Assembly: GCF_006345805.1 (NCBI RefSeq)
Contig: NC_042998.1
Coordinates: forward strand, 134,230,001 to 134,294,000
Length of the DNA stretch: 64,000 nt
Reading direction: 5' to 3'
From: Octopus sinensis
Lineage: Eukaryota
This document shows, piece after piece, positions 51,956 to 64,000 of this stretch (the first letter of the stretch is position 1; each line of letters starts with the position of its first letter). The notes below the pieces were generated by a model that saw nothing but the letters and a program-made list of their open reading frames with translations, was not told the DNA's origin and did no database searches. The translations under genes were made by a program, and so were the position numbers.

Positions 51956-52701
51956 GTAAGTATTTTCCAATTTTTTTCTCCTTATTAGTTCATATGTGTA
52001 TGGGTGTGCATTTCTTGGTGAGATTATTGTTGTTACATTTTCTTTAAGTGTTAACTTAAAGAATAAAAGTGACATTAAAACCCTCAAAGAACTTGTAAGG
52101 GTCAATGCATAGCTCATCTCCTGTTTCATGGCACTTAGTTAAAGAAAAATAAACGTTCTCCCTCAAAAGAATACTAGCATCCTGTTGTTGGTAACATTGT
52201 TAAAACCACTACTATATATTCCTGTCTGCTAGTTAAACTGAAGTATGTATAAAATATGTTTCCAAGCTTAGTTACTGCAAAAAATGTGTAGTAGTAGATT
52301 TCAGCTTAATGCTTATGGAAAATGCAACACCTTATTGACTTCTGATTCACCTTTTTTCATTTTACCCACCTAAAAAATGTAGACCAAAATCATTGCAGAT
52401 CATAATTTATTGCATTCCTGATAACTCAGTAAAAACTTCAATGTTAAGATTCTGGGCAACTAACCCTCATGATCATGAATTTAAACCATGCCGCAGCAGG
52501 CTGCATGAAAGCTATCAATACTAACCTACCTCTGATTGTACTACACCTTAGACTTAAGAAACATGAAGCACGAGACTAGGTACCATATAATATCTGATCT
52601 GTTGTAAATAGCCCTTCAACCCCATGTATGATGTGGATAATATTGATTTTGTTTAACTTATTACAAAAATGACATTTAGTCATTGTACTATGACCATCAG
52701 T

Positions 52702-52797
52702 GTAAGAATGTCAGTATGGACACTGTTGACATTGCAAGAATGTCTGTTTGGATACTGTCCACATTGTAAGAATGTCTGTATGGACTCCCTCTACACT
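52702..52797. repeat. 32-bp tandem repeat, 3 diverged copies
   Basis: GTAAGAATGTC(A/T)GTATGGACACTGT..ACATT-like units. Confidence 0.75.
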
Positions 52798-53127
52798 GTA
52801 AGGATTCTGGTGAGCTAAGTTTAATCTAACTTTGTTTGATTCCTGGTTGAAGTTTTTCATTCCAGTTACATCTTATGCTTTTGGTTTTGAGCTGTTATAA
52901 ATAGCATGATGTGCATAGGTTGCACTAGGTTGACTAGTCCTTGGTATGCTATTTACCGAAGAAGATTCCTGTAGTGCTGTAGCATTCAATTAAAGACTGT
53001 AGTATATTTCTATTGTTTTATATTACTGATATTTATTTTATAAAACTAAGAAGAACGAAAGGCAAATATAGCTTTAGTATGGTTTGAAATCAGAAATATA
53101 AAGCACATGATACTTTAACTTGTTTAA

Positions 53128-53714
53128 CCCTTTTGAGATGCTCTGTGTTACTTTCAGTTATTTTAAATACTAGCAGTATCGCCCGGCGTTGCTCAGGTTT
53201 GTAAGGGAAATAACTATAAAGCATTTTTAGAGAGTTATAGCCAAAAAATAACAAAAAAATGGAAAAAAATGATGGTAAATTTTTTTTTTAGTTAAAAAAG
53301 GTGGAGTTGCGTCCCCTAGACAGTTTGCGGTTTGTGTTTCTGATTCTCGACCCCATGTCGAATTTATCGATTTTTTTCAGAACTGGGGGAACTTTTCAAA
53401 ATTTTCGCTGCGTTAGTTTTGAATTATGACATTGGGCTATGTGTGTGTCAAGTTTCATCAGAATCGGTTGAAAGCCGTGGTCAGGGTGAGGGTACAAGCA
53501 AACAGACACACAGAAACACGCACAGACAAACTGCCGTTTATATAGAGAGAGATAACAAAGAATTTAGTAAAATAACTTAGTTATCATTAAGCTAGTGTTA
53601 GGAACATAAATTATGACTAAGATTTGGTGGAAGATTTTAATTCAAAACTTATGAAAACAAGATATTTGTATTACAGAGCCACAGCCAGTTTGAGGCAGGT
53701 TGATAACGAAAGGG
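53128..53714. mobile_element. piggyBac-type MITE interrupted by a Helitron
   Basis: TTAA|CCCTTT...GATAACGAAAGGG|TTAA; collinear with 43147-43367 once 53170-53552 is removed. Confidence 0.85.
53170..53552 (-). mobile_element. Non-autonomous Helitron (383 bp)
   Basis: - strand starts TCTCTCTCTATATAAACGGCAG and ends CCTGAGCAACGCCGGGCGATACTGCTAG. Inserted between A and T with no target-site duplication. Confidence 0.9.
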
Positions 53715-56700
53715 TTAAGCTTCCCATCTCTATTATTTGGGCTTGAGAGAGGTGGAGATTCAATTTTAAATAAAATAGACTCCATGATTTACTGTATAAA
53801 GAATTAGCTATTGTTTAGGAATGAATGTGTTGGTTCTGCAATATTGGTCCTTTTTGAAAACTAGGTTTAATGTTCTAAGTTGAATGTTGTAAATGAGCAT
53901 TTGTGTTGCATACTATACTGTGGAGTCATTTCCCAAAGGTGTAGTGATAGAATAAGTTGTCACGTTTACATTGCTGAGTGCTTAGGTCTCATACGGAATG
54001 TTCACATTCTGACAAAGATGTTGAAATTGCATGTACTTGTCATTTGTGTGTAAATAATAAGGAAGGACTGAAGAGTGTAAGAATGTGCATGTCAGGAGAT
54101 GAGAAAACTGAAACTTGTTGATAAAAAGTGGTATACCTTTAATTTAATCTATGTACACCTTTTCTGACTTAGCTGACACTATCAAGTTACTGAAAAGAAT
54201 TCATAGGAAGTGTTACTTTAGGACTTTTTGCCTCCTGTACTCTATATATTGAATTTTTGTTTACTATACAAGCTGTTTCAGGGAATTTTACTAATGAGAT
54301 ATATATTCTCTCTCTCGCCCCCTCTTACATACACACACACAAACACAAATTATCAGAGATCCATAAAGTAGAATGCACAGTGAAAGTGGAATGAGAAACA
54401 CATGGTCTGAGTCATTAATTTGATCATTTATGTCAACTAACACATATGACCTGCACTAGTGGCAGCGTAGCAGCTGTGCTGTTGATCATGTTAATATTCT
54501 CCTGTATGTTTTTTCCATGCCATACATATAGAGCAGTAACACCATCATCTGGCCTATAAGAACCTTTAGCCAAGAAAAGATCATTTTATCTGTTGCTTGC
54601 CAAGTAATATAGTTATTAAAAATGTTTTGTTCCTCATCCATTATTATGTTGCTGGGTTTTTTTTTACTCTCTTTTTACCTCCTCTGTTGTTACCATAATG
54701 GATTCTGCTGCCATTTGCTACTATTCTCCACTTAAAGAACCTATTTATTATATTTACTCATTCTTTACATGCTGTTGTTTTATTTCAAAACTCTACTTTT
54801 TATGATGACCACTTCTCTAGAATATTCATTTCTCTGCCAACTGTTTTCCATATAATTCACTAACCTTTAACTTTTCCATTTCTGTACCAACTATTGCTAA
54901 CCTCATTATTTCTCTCCCATTGCTTTCTCAGATGGTTTTTATAACCACTGGGAAATGTCCCCCATTGTTAGCTAAAAGATGAAGAAGAAGAAAAAAGAAA
55001 ATGGAGGCTTTCTAATCTAAATTGCTAGCAAGTTATAGAGTTTACAAATACAAAAAAGAACATAATGATAATTTAATTTTATCATACCTGACTAAAAGAA
55101 TAAGAATGGTTTTTTAAAAAGTTTTGTAAAAGTATTTCTGCTTTAATAAATTAGTAGTATTGTTGTTTTCATTATCTTACGAATGCTTCTTAATTAACTA
55201 TTCAGTTATGAAATAGGGGTTCAACCTATCTTTAGACAAATGAATAAAAGCAAACATTAATTGAACTTGCAAAGGGGCAAACCATGATGAGTGTTGGGCA
55301 ATCAAGGAGCTTCTACATAGTTTCTTAACTTGTTCTATACAGAAACCAACATTCTGTCATCACATTCCTGATTATTTTTAAAAAATAGGGACTACATGGA
55401 TGTTCCCTCTGACTTTTCGTATTCATTATTTGCAAAATTTTTCCTGTGACAGAAGTATGCATCCATGGAATGTATAATAATGTATATTTATTAATTACTA
55501 AATTAATAATTATACTATTATTTTAGGCAACTGACCATTTTCTACTTCAATTAGTTTCTTTTATGCTATCTTTAATTTCTTGTTTACTGGTTCCAAAAGT
55601 ACACAGCTTTGAGAACTCAATGAGCCATGCATTTTAAATTGTAAAGCTTAAGAGATAATAAATATTGAATGAATACCACCGTTAGAAATATTGATTGACT
55701 GTTTCTTTCAATTTGCTATTGCTCTCCTATGAGTTTTCTCAGGCAGATCTACTCAGCAAATGCAATATCAATTGCAATAAGCCTTTGCATGTTTTGAACC
55801 CACGTATTTGTATATCCATTCAATCAGTATTGAAGTCTCACAGTTTATTGTAATGATTGATGTCCTTCAGTATCTTAGATGTTAGACAGCTGCTTAGGTA
55901 AGAGATTTACTGTTTAATATTAAAGGCTTTCATATTGTGGCATATATATTAGTTTTCAAATAAGGATGAATTTTCACCCATGGTGCAAGAAATAGAGATC
56001 AGTTGCTTAGCCTTTCATAATCAGAAGAATTATTCATCAAAGAATGACTTCATTTGGCTTCAGTGAGTTGGAGAATGAGATTTGAGACACTCATGCTTTT
56101 ATTAAAGACATTATCAGAGTAAGTGAAATAGTTACAACTGAGAATTAAACCTGGATGGTAGACTTAGTTTACCAAGACCTTACTTCTCATACCAACTTAT
56201 CCTATAAATTATACTGTGGAATGAACCCATATAAAACATAGTACATTGCTGTTAGTTATGACCAATTACTAATTCATATGGAATGGGAATGAGGTTTTAT
56301 TATATTCTCGCCTTTCTTGAAAACATTACTGATGTAAAAACTGAATTTCCTTCAAGTGGTGATCAAAACCATGAGCTTATTAGTTGCTCATGAGGTATTC
56401 AAATGCTTGTACTGTTTCTGGTATCTAGATCACAAGGTCAGTCACAGTGGAAGACAGGAGTAAAGATGATATATTCATATCCAGTGTTTTGCTGGTATAT
56501 TTTATAGCAACTCCAGTGGAGTGAAAGTTAGTGATAATTGAACTGGAAACAATCAAGGACAAAACTAGATAAAGTAAAACATCCAGTTTCACTGTATTTT
56601 TTACTTTATCAAACTCTAGGTGTAAATAGAGATTTCTTTTGATGAGCAAGAGGGTCTTTACATTAGAGAAGTAAGTTCACAAGGTGTGAATTGAATTTGG

Positions 56701-58726
56701 ACAGTGACATCCTCTGTTGTCTCAGGGCTAATCTCAATCTATATTTTAAACTGCAAGCTTCTCATGTCACTAAGTCATACCTCCTCCACCTCATTTTCAT
56801 TGGTGTATAGCTTCACTGATCTTTATTCCCCATTCCAGAAAGGATGATAGGCTGTTTGAAATTTTATAATCTATTTCTAAATTCAGTTGCATGCTCATGC
56901 TTGTGTGCAAAAGCAAGCAATCACACACACACACACATATAATCAGATTCCTGCTTATCTTAATTACTTATCAAATTTTTTTTTTTAAATTAGATCACAA
57001 AATACAATGAAACACCTTTGGATCTTAACACTTATAAAATATAACACATTAATTCATGAAGACACTGAAGACTTAAATTCTTTCTTCTGGTTAATTGTGT
57101 TAAAAAAAAATAACTACATGGTTTAAATTTACTGTGATATTAAGGAACTATGTTGTCTTTAGTTCAAATATTGTTACAGAGATGATGTTGCATCATTAGG
57201 CATTTCACACTGTTCTGTATTCCTTATCTATCTATACATATAAATTTGACATGGGTGATTCTTTCTTTTCTTGGGACTCACAGTCAAATGGCTTGGTAGA
57301 ATTGCATGAAACATGACACAGATGTGTAGAATGATCTGGTGGTGATGCTAGGCTTTGTATTTTTTTCATAGCTCCATTGGTTACTGAGATAATCAACTCT
57401 AATAATACTCTAGTGTTTGTGAATGAGAAAGGAAGAGGTGATAGATGAATAAGGAAGGAAGGGTGATGTCATACTTGGTAGTGGGATGATGAAAATTGTA
57501 CGCTGAAAAAATAAATCAAACAACATTTCAACTCTGTGTGAATATATGTGTGTATGTAGAAGGGGGTATGTGTGTGTGTGTTTGTGTGTGCGTGCGCAAT
57601 GCAAGTGGGATGGTTCATCTTTGTTCGCTTAGTATTTGGGTTTATTTTTGATTTGGTTGAATCGCGGTTTTTTTTTGTTGGTCAATTATTTTTAGTGTTT
57701 TGACAGAAAAAAGTTATTCTAAAATTGTTTTTAATGTAAGCGTGCCCAAACAAGTCGAATGCTTACACAGAGTAGGTTTTACAGCCACATCATCCAAACT
57801 GACCGGGTGAAACTGGGCTTAGCTAATTATACATAATTTTAAGATATGTTAGAAAAAAAAAAAGAAAGAAATACATTACTTTTAATTTTTAAATTAATTT
57901 AGATTAACTAAGTTTAAAGTTTTGAGTTATGTCATGCTGAAGAATCCATAAAGTAGACCAAATATTGCTATCTATGACTACCAGAGACTTTAAGGATTTC
58001 ATCTCATGAAAATTAATATGGAAATATATGTATGCTCTTTTCACTCTTTGATAATGGTTTCTCAGAAGCAATTCTCTCCCCTTCAGTAGCATGCTCTCTC
58101 CTTAAGTACCATGTCTAAGATGTGTTGTTTTAGAAATACGTTTTTCATTTTTCTGGTCTTTTAATTACACTAATTTTATGTCTATATCTCTGAGATGAGT
58201 TACAATTAATAATCATTTCAGTTTTCCAGACATTTAACCTCATTAATCTTGTTTTGTATTTTTTTCTTACAGGACAACCTGTCCAATCTTTGATCAAGTT
58301 TAGGTGCTCTAGTTTTACGTCTGTACTTATATAAATACATACATTTCTCTTGGCTGTGTTTTAACTAGAAAGCTTTATTTCTCATGTAAGATTTCAAAGT
58401 TGTTAATCATTGCATTAGAAAATTAAATTCTAAATCCAAACTGTGTCTACAGAAATGTTATTTTTATAAAAGCAATTGAAAGTTGCATCAATCAAAATGC
58501 AGTGCAAAAACTTAAAAATGATGAAATAGTCTGGAAAATATAAATTTTTAGATGTTACAGTATTTCACCAAGAGTTTTCTCTGATCATCTTAGGAGATGA
58601 GGTTTTAAATCAATGCACATACATATTGTTTGTATCAGTGGAAGTGGAATTTAACAATAATAAATAAAAGTTTACAATTCAAAATTATCCAAGACATATC
58701 TATTTTATAAATATATATACATAACG

Positions 58727-59030
58727 TGGAGGTGCAATGGCCCAGTGGTTAGGGCAGCGGACTCGCGGTTGTAGGATCGTGGTTTCGATTCCCAGACAGG
58801 GTGTTGTGAGTGTTTATTGAGTGAAAACACCTAAAGCTCCGTGAGGCTCCAGCAGTGGGTGGTGGCAATCCCTGCTGTATTCTTTTGCCATAACTTTCTC
58901 TCACTCTTTCTTCTGTTGACCTGCTCGCTTAGCCAGCGGGGTGGCATCATTTGAAGGCTAAAGCAATGCGAAGCGCATTGTGACCAGCGATGTGTAGCAA
59001 CCTCTGATAGCCTGGTCGGTCACGGTGATC
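58727..59030 (+). mobile_element. tRNA-derived SINE, well preserved
   Basis: A box TGGCCCAGTGG, B-box-like GGTTTCGATTCCC, then a non-tRNA body; CpG-rich; sits in TA-rich sequence. Confidence 0.8.
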
Positions 59031-60392
59031 ATATATATAATAGATACACACACACACTCTCACATTGAAATTCAAGTTGGAAGGTCAATAATAAAGAAGT
59101 GAGATATGAGCACAGATGATGCTAAGCATTGTTGAGTCAAAATGCTACCTGATAATTAAGTTTGTTTGGTAACATTGAATGATGATGATGATGAAAACAT
59201 GATGGATTACACTAATTAACATAAATAGTTATACATTGATAGCTATAAATATGCGATTTTCTTTTGAGATATACATGTATAATAGACAAATATATTTCAC
59301 ATAAATAAGGCAGTCAAGACCTGCCCAACACAGTAGAAGTGATATCCTAAAACCATGGTGCCACATAAAAGCACTAGTGTGGGTGTTGGTTCCACATAAA
59401 AATACTGGTACTGTAAAAATCACTGGTGTTGGTGCCACATGAAATGCAATAGCGTAGACGTCACGTAAAAAGCACTGGTGATGGTGGCACATAAAAAACA
59501 CCTAGTACACTCTGTAAAGTGGTTGATATTAGGAAGGGCATCCAACTATAGAAACCAAGCCAAAACAGACTATGAAACCTGGTGCAGCTCCTGGCCTTGC
59601 TAATTCCTGTCAAGCTGTATAACACATGCTAGCATCGAAAACAGATGTTAAATGTTGATGAAGATGATGAAGTTCCTAAACAATCAAATCTATAAACTAG
59701 CTATAAATCAAAAATATATAATAAAAAAGTTTGAATTGTTTTCTTGTTAATCAACACTTAGTAGACAATATTAGCTCACTTAGACATGCATTCAAATTTG
59801 TAAATAATTCATTAAATCAAAAAATACAAATATCGATTTCTTTGGAAATTATTAAACAGCTTTTGTGATAAATTTTTAAAATGTTGACTATTCCCTTTCT
59901 CCACTGAATACATCATATACTAGAATCAATTGAAGCATGGTGTAAAAGATAGAAATCACATATTTTTGATTGACAGTAGGGAAGCTAAGAACTATTTTCC
60001 ATGTCTCAGTGTTCTAGATTGAAAATAGATGCCACTCCTACTTCATAGTACACTGTCATTTTAAACTTTGCCATATACAACATCCTTTTACAAATCATAT
60101 TACTCTGATAGCTAAGTTTACCTGTCTAACAATAGCACTCTACTCTTAATTGATAGTTGATAGACAAATTAGCATGAAAAAATATAACTGAATAAACAAT
60201 TATTCTAACAATTACTATTTTAAAATCTAACCCACTTTTGTTGGCAACATGTTGTTTTGTTCCAAGTAAGCACACATTGAGTAGACTATTATCAAAATCA
60301 TTCCCTCTACAATCATCTCAGCTTTTTTTTTTTTTTGAATATCTAAAACAACATTGCCCAATGTATCCAATGTTCTTATCAATTGATAGGAT

Positions 60393-60614
60393 ATTTAGCA
60401 TTCAGATTACTCTGTGAAATGTAATACTTATCTGTTCACACTGTTTTTAATTAATCATGCATTATCTCATAACTTTGAGATTTCAATGATGTGATTGCTT
60501 GATTTTTAGTATGACATTGTCTGTTAGGTATGAAAGACCAGATCTGGACAGGTTAAACATGCAATAGATAGAATATTTGGGACCTAATATGGCTGGTTTA
60601 AATGCTAGAGTTAA
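60393..60614. mobile_element. piggyBac-type MITE (TTTAGCATT...AATGCTAGAG-TTAA)
   Basis: Terminal inverted TAGCATT/AATGCTA; homologous to the flanks of 33952-34591. Confidence 0.6.
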
Positions 60615-63515
60615 AGGAGATATGAAGTAGAGTGACCATGTAGAAACTCCATCATTGGTCTGTTATTGACTGTGTGCTTGTTTTGGTGGCCAGATATATT
60701 TCATTGCAATACTCTTGATAGAAAATAAGGTGGCAAGCTTGCAGAATTGTTAGCACACTGGGTAAAATGCTAGGTAGCATTTTGTCTGTCTTTACATTCT
60801 GAGTTCAAATTTCACTGAGGTTGACTTTGCTTTCATCATTTCAGTATTGATAAAATAAGTACCAGTTGAGCACTGGGATTGATGTAATCAACTTGTCTCT
60901 TCCTCTGAAATTGCTGGCCTTGTACCAAAATTTGAAACTAATATTTTTGATACAAAACACATTTCACTACAATTGAATAAGAAAGCATTAAAAAAAACAG
61001 CAAAACATTGCTAGTTGTATAAAGACAGTGAGATGTTGAAATTAGCCAGACAATGAAAAAAAGTAGTGCTCTTAATCTTGACTCTCTTCCAGAAGATTCT
61101 GTTATAAAAGAAATAAAAAAAGAGGTAAATAATTTTTTTTTAACTAGTAATATTTCTAAGAAAGTTAATTTGATGAGAATGAAAAATTTGAAAAACAGGA
61201 AGAGATCCTGCAACACTCCAGCAAGCACCTATGAATTAATCTCCTTTACTTATCTTTTAGTTTTAGCTTATTTTTTTTATTAAGTAAAGAAAAAAATGCA
61301 AAATAAAGGAAAACAACAAAATAAGATTATGTGTATAATACTATTCAAACTCTACCCCAATTGTATTATATAATGACTCTTCTGTCATCCACCTGTTACC
61401 TCTCCCACCCATGGCAAGATGGGTAAAAGGTTGAGAAGTTGGACCACATGGTCTTGTTCATATTTTAACTTTGCAGGATTTGTGAGGTGTCTTTTAAAAT
61501 CTGTCATATAAATATATGGTTGTATCAGTCCTGTTGGATGACAAACCACTTCTGTTACTACTGCATATAATGGTTGAATAGACATCTGTCAGAAGAGCAT
61601 TGTTCCAACAATATTAAAATATCCATATTTGTAAAAGCTATTCCATATGTAGATGCAAAGATCATCATGTATTTGTTTAAAAGATCATCATGTATTTGTT
61701 TAATTAAAAGTAAACTAAACCTTATTTCAAAAAAGCTGAATGCCAGGTACCATTTCCATTCCATATTTTAGCAAAGGGAACTATCTCAAGGTTATTCAAC
61801 CATTAATGATTACTATTCATGTATATTTAACCATTTTTTAATAATTAAGTTAATTCAGTGCAAACAAATATAGAATACAGACGGCAAGTTTTTAATTTTT
61901 TTAATTATTTATTTTACATCTATTATTTCATGATATCAGAGTGATGAATGGTAGAATCATAGTACATCAGACAAAATGCCTTATAGTATTTAGTTATATC
62001 ACTTTATGCATTTTGAGTTTAAAACTTGCTGGAGTTAATGTTGTCTTCCCTCCTTGCAGGGTTAATAAAATAAGTACCAGTCAAGTACTAGTGTTGTTCT
62101 AAAAGTGCCACTCAAGTAGTAGGATCAATCTAAATGACTCTACCCTCCCACAAAATGTGTGACCTTGTACCAATTTTAGAAACTATTTCATGCTATCATG
62201 GGTTGAGTGATTCTTATAGATTTAAATGTTTTCATATATATTATTGGAGTTTTGCTTTTATTTCTCTTTTATCTTCATTGAATGACCCTTCTCATCTTAT
62301 TGCAGATCAGTGCACCTATAAAATAAAACTAATTGATTATTCTGTTATTTAGATTGAGGTACATTTGAGTAATACATCTTACCTAGAAGCAAAACAATAA
62401 ATATTATAGATCATTGTGATAAGTAGTCAGCCCCACAATATAACACACATTATCATCATGGCCACTCCACTTCATTAAGTTCTTTAAAGCTTTCTTTTTA
62501 GTATTGATACAACTAATGCTTCAATGCTATATAGTATTACTTCTCTGACATACAGGTCATGAAAGTGTCATTTTTTAATACAAGAAAATGTTATCTTCCT
62601 TTTAATAACAGTAAAACTGTGTTTCTTGTCCATCTCACCTCTTTTTGTAGAGTATGCTATTATGAAATTTAGAAGTAAAAAAGACATGAATATAAGTATA
62701 TTTTCAGGCTGTTAATCAGTCCATAAGATGATAATTTTTAAAAAAATATCTGCACCTGTCTCTATTAGTTTGATCACAATTGTCATCTGGTATTTCTAAG
62801 CTCAGGTTAATAACATTTATTCATTCATTTGGTAATCTCAAGCCAAGATAGGACCTTACAAGTCTTCTTCTGAGCTCATGATCCTGCATTGCTATTAGGC
62901 ATACCTTCCTGTGATAGTTGAATTTTGGTGTCAAAGATTATGAATTCTACTGTTTCAAAAGTAACTGATATAAGGGTGTATGTCACTGTGAGACATAGTT
63001 CGCTTCCAACTGAGGTGAAAAAGAGGCAGCTATCCCCGCCAGATACCAGATCACATTTCGGTGGTTTTTCACTGGGTGTCCCTAACCCTAAACAAGATCC
63101 TATACCAGATACATGTCAACTGGAGTAAGCTGAACACAGAACTTATGTCAGGTAAAGTCATCATGCCCTAAATTAATGACTGAGACATTAACATATCTTA
63201 TTGCAGTTTGATTACAAAGAAATGTTTCTAGTTTAGGCTTATGTACACATAATGAATTTTGGCAAACGAACCTTTTGAAACCTAGTGTTCATTCATTCAT
63301 TTTATGTTCATCTTTATGCAGACTTGGATTAGCCAAGTACTTATTTAAGGCCGGATGCTTTTCCTTTCACTCCACCCTTACCTCTTTTATATATGAAAAT
63401 GTTTTTCTTATTCCACCTCTCAGAGCTATAAGAAATAATGCGCATATATGTGTGTGTATGTATGTCTGTCTGTCTGACTGCCTGCATGTCTGTCTACACA
63501 CACACACACACATAC

Positions 63516-63568
<53 letters not shown>

Positions 63569-63746
63569 ATTAATTAATAAGGGTGAGAGAATTAGATACT
63601 AATTTAATAGTATATCTATTCAACACCAAGTGGCCTAGTGCTCCGAGAACCTGGATTATTATAATATTTTATAATATATTACAATATTTTTACAAAATAA
63701 ATATAAGAGAGTGGTCACTATATGGCTCACTCTAGCACCAGTTAAT

Positions 63747-64000
63747 CAAAAGGTTTCAACCACAAAAATACATGTTTCCCATGAAAGTCAGTACGATTGT
63801 TAGCTCACACGGACAGGGCAAATAAAAAATAACAAAAATACAAAAATACAGATTATTTTGGGACAATTGTTTCGCTATTAATGAATTAAATGTAATTTTA
63901 CTTCTGTATTTTTGTTATTTTTTATTTGCCCTGTCCGTGTGAGCTAACAATCGTACTGACTTTCATGGGAAACATGTATTTTTGTGGTTGAAACCTTTTG
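63747..64000. repeat. Perfect inverted repeat (96-bp arms, 62-bp spacer), continuing past the window end
   Basis: 63747-63842 is the exact reverse complement of 63905-64000. Confidence 0.95.

Noticed and set aside
58255-58335. Strong pyrimidine tract and CAG acceptor as a candidate next CLINT1 exon
   Set aside because: The phase-1 continuation (GQPVQSLIKF...) does not resemble the expected VRxKxKEL...DDDRLREERKKAK sequence and hits a stop.
58727-58800. Possible tRNA gene
   Set aside because: No closed acceptor stem; it continues into a ~230-bp non-tRNA body, so it is a SINE head.
63765-63800. CTGAC...GAAACATGTA in the inverted-repeat arms, hammerhead-like with palindromic ACATGT
   Set aside because: The core reads CTGACTT rather than CTGANGA and no stem I partner is present.

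Overview
AT-rich, repeat-dense eukaryotic DNA. The SINE/LINE families and microsatellite load look like an octopus-type cephalopod genome (inference from repeat content, not verified). The only host coding sequence found is two + strand exons (50617-50818, 51817-51955) encoding most of the ENTH domain of clathrin interactor 1 / epsinR (CLINT1). The first coding exon and the next downstream exon were not found, so most of the window is probably large introns. The rest is transposon-derived: RTE-type LINE fragments and many copies of their (GAT)n-tailed 3' end, an R4/Dong-type RLE retrotransposon, tRNA-headed SINEs, TTAA piggyBac-type MITEs, a Tc1 remnant, a Pif1-carrying Helitron and a 383-bp non-autonomous Helitron with an empty-site homolog in the window. 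The most notable signals are: (i) an apparently intact type I hammerhead ribozyme (21452-21537, - strand) with a palindromic stem III, inside a (TA)n-flanked element, with a second decayed hammerhead about 300 bp away; (ii) a tandemly repeated ~65-nt hairpin plus H-type pseudoknot module in the RTE 3' UTR; (iii) a perfect 96-bp inverted repeat running off the window end. All analysis was by eye; repeat boundaries are approximate unless termini are quoted.
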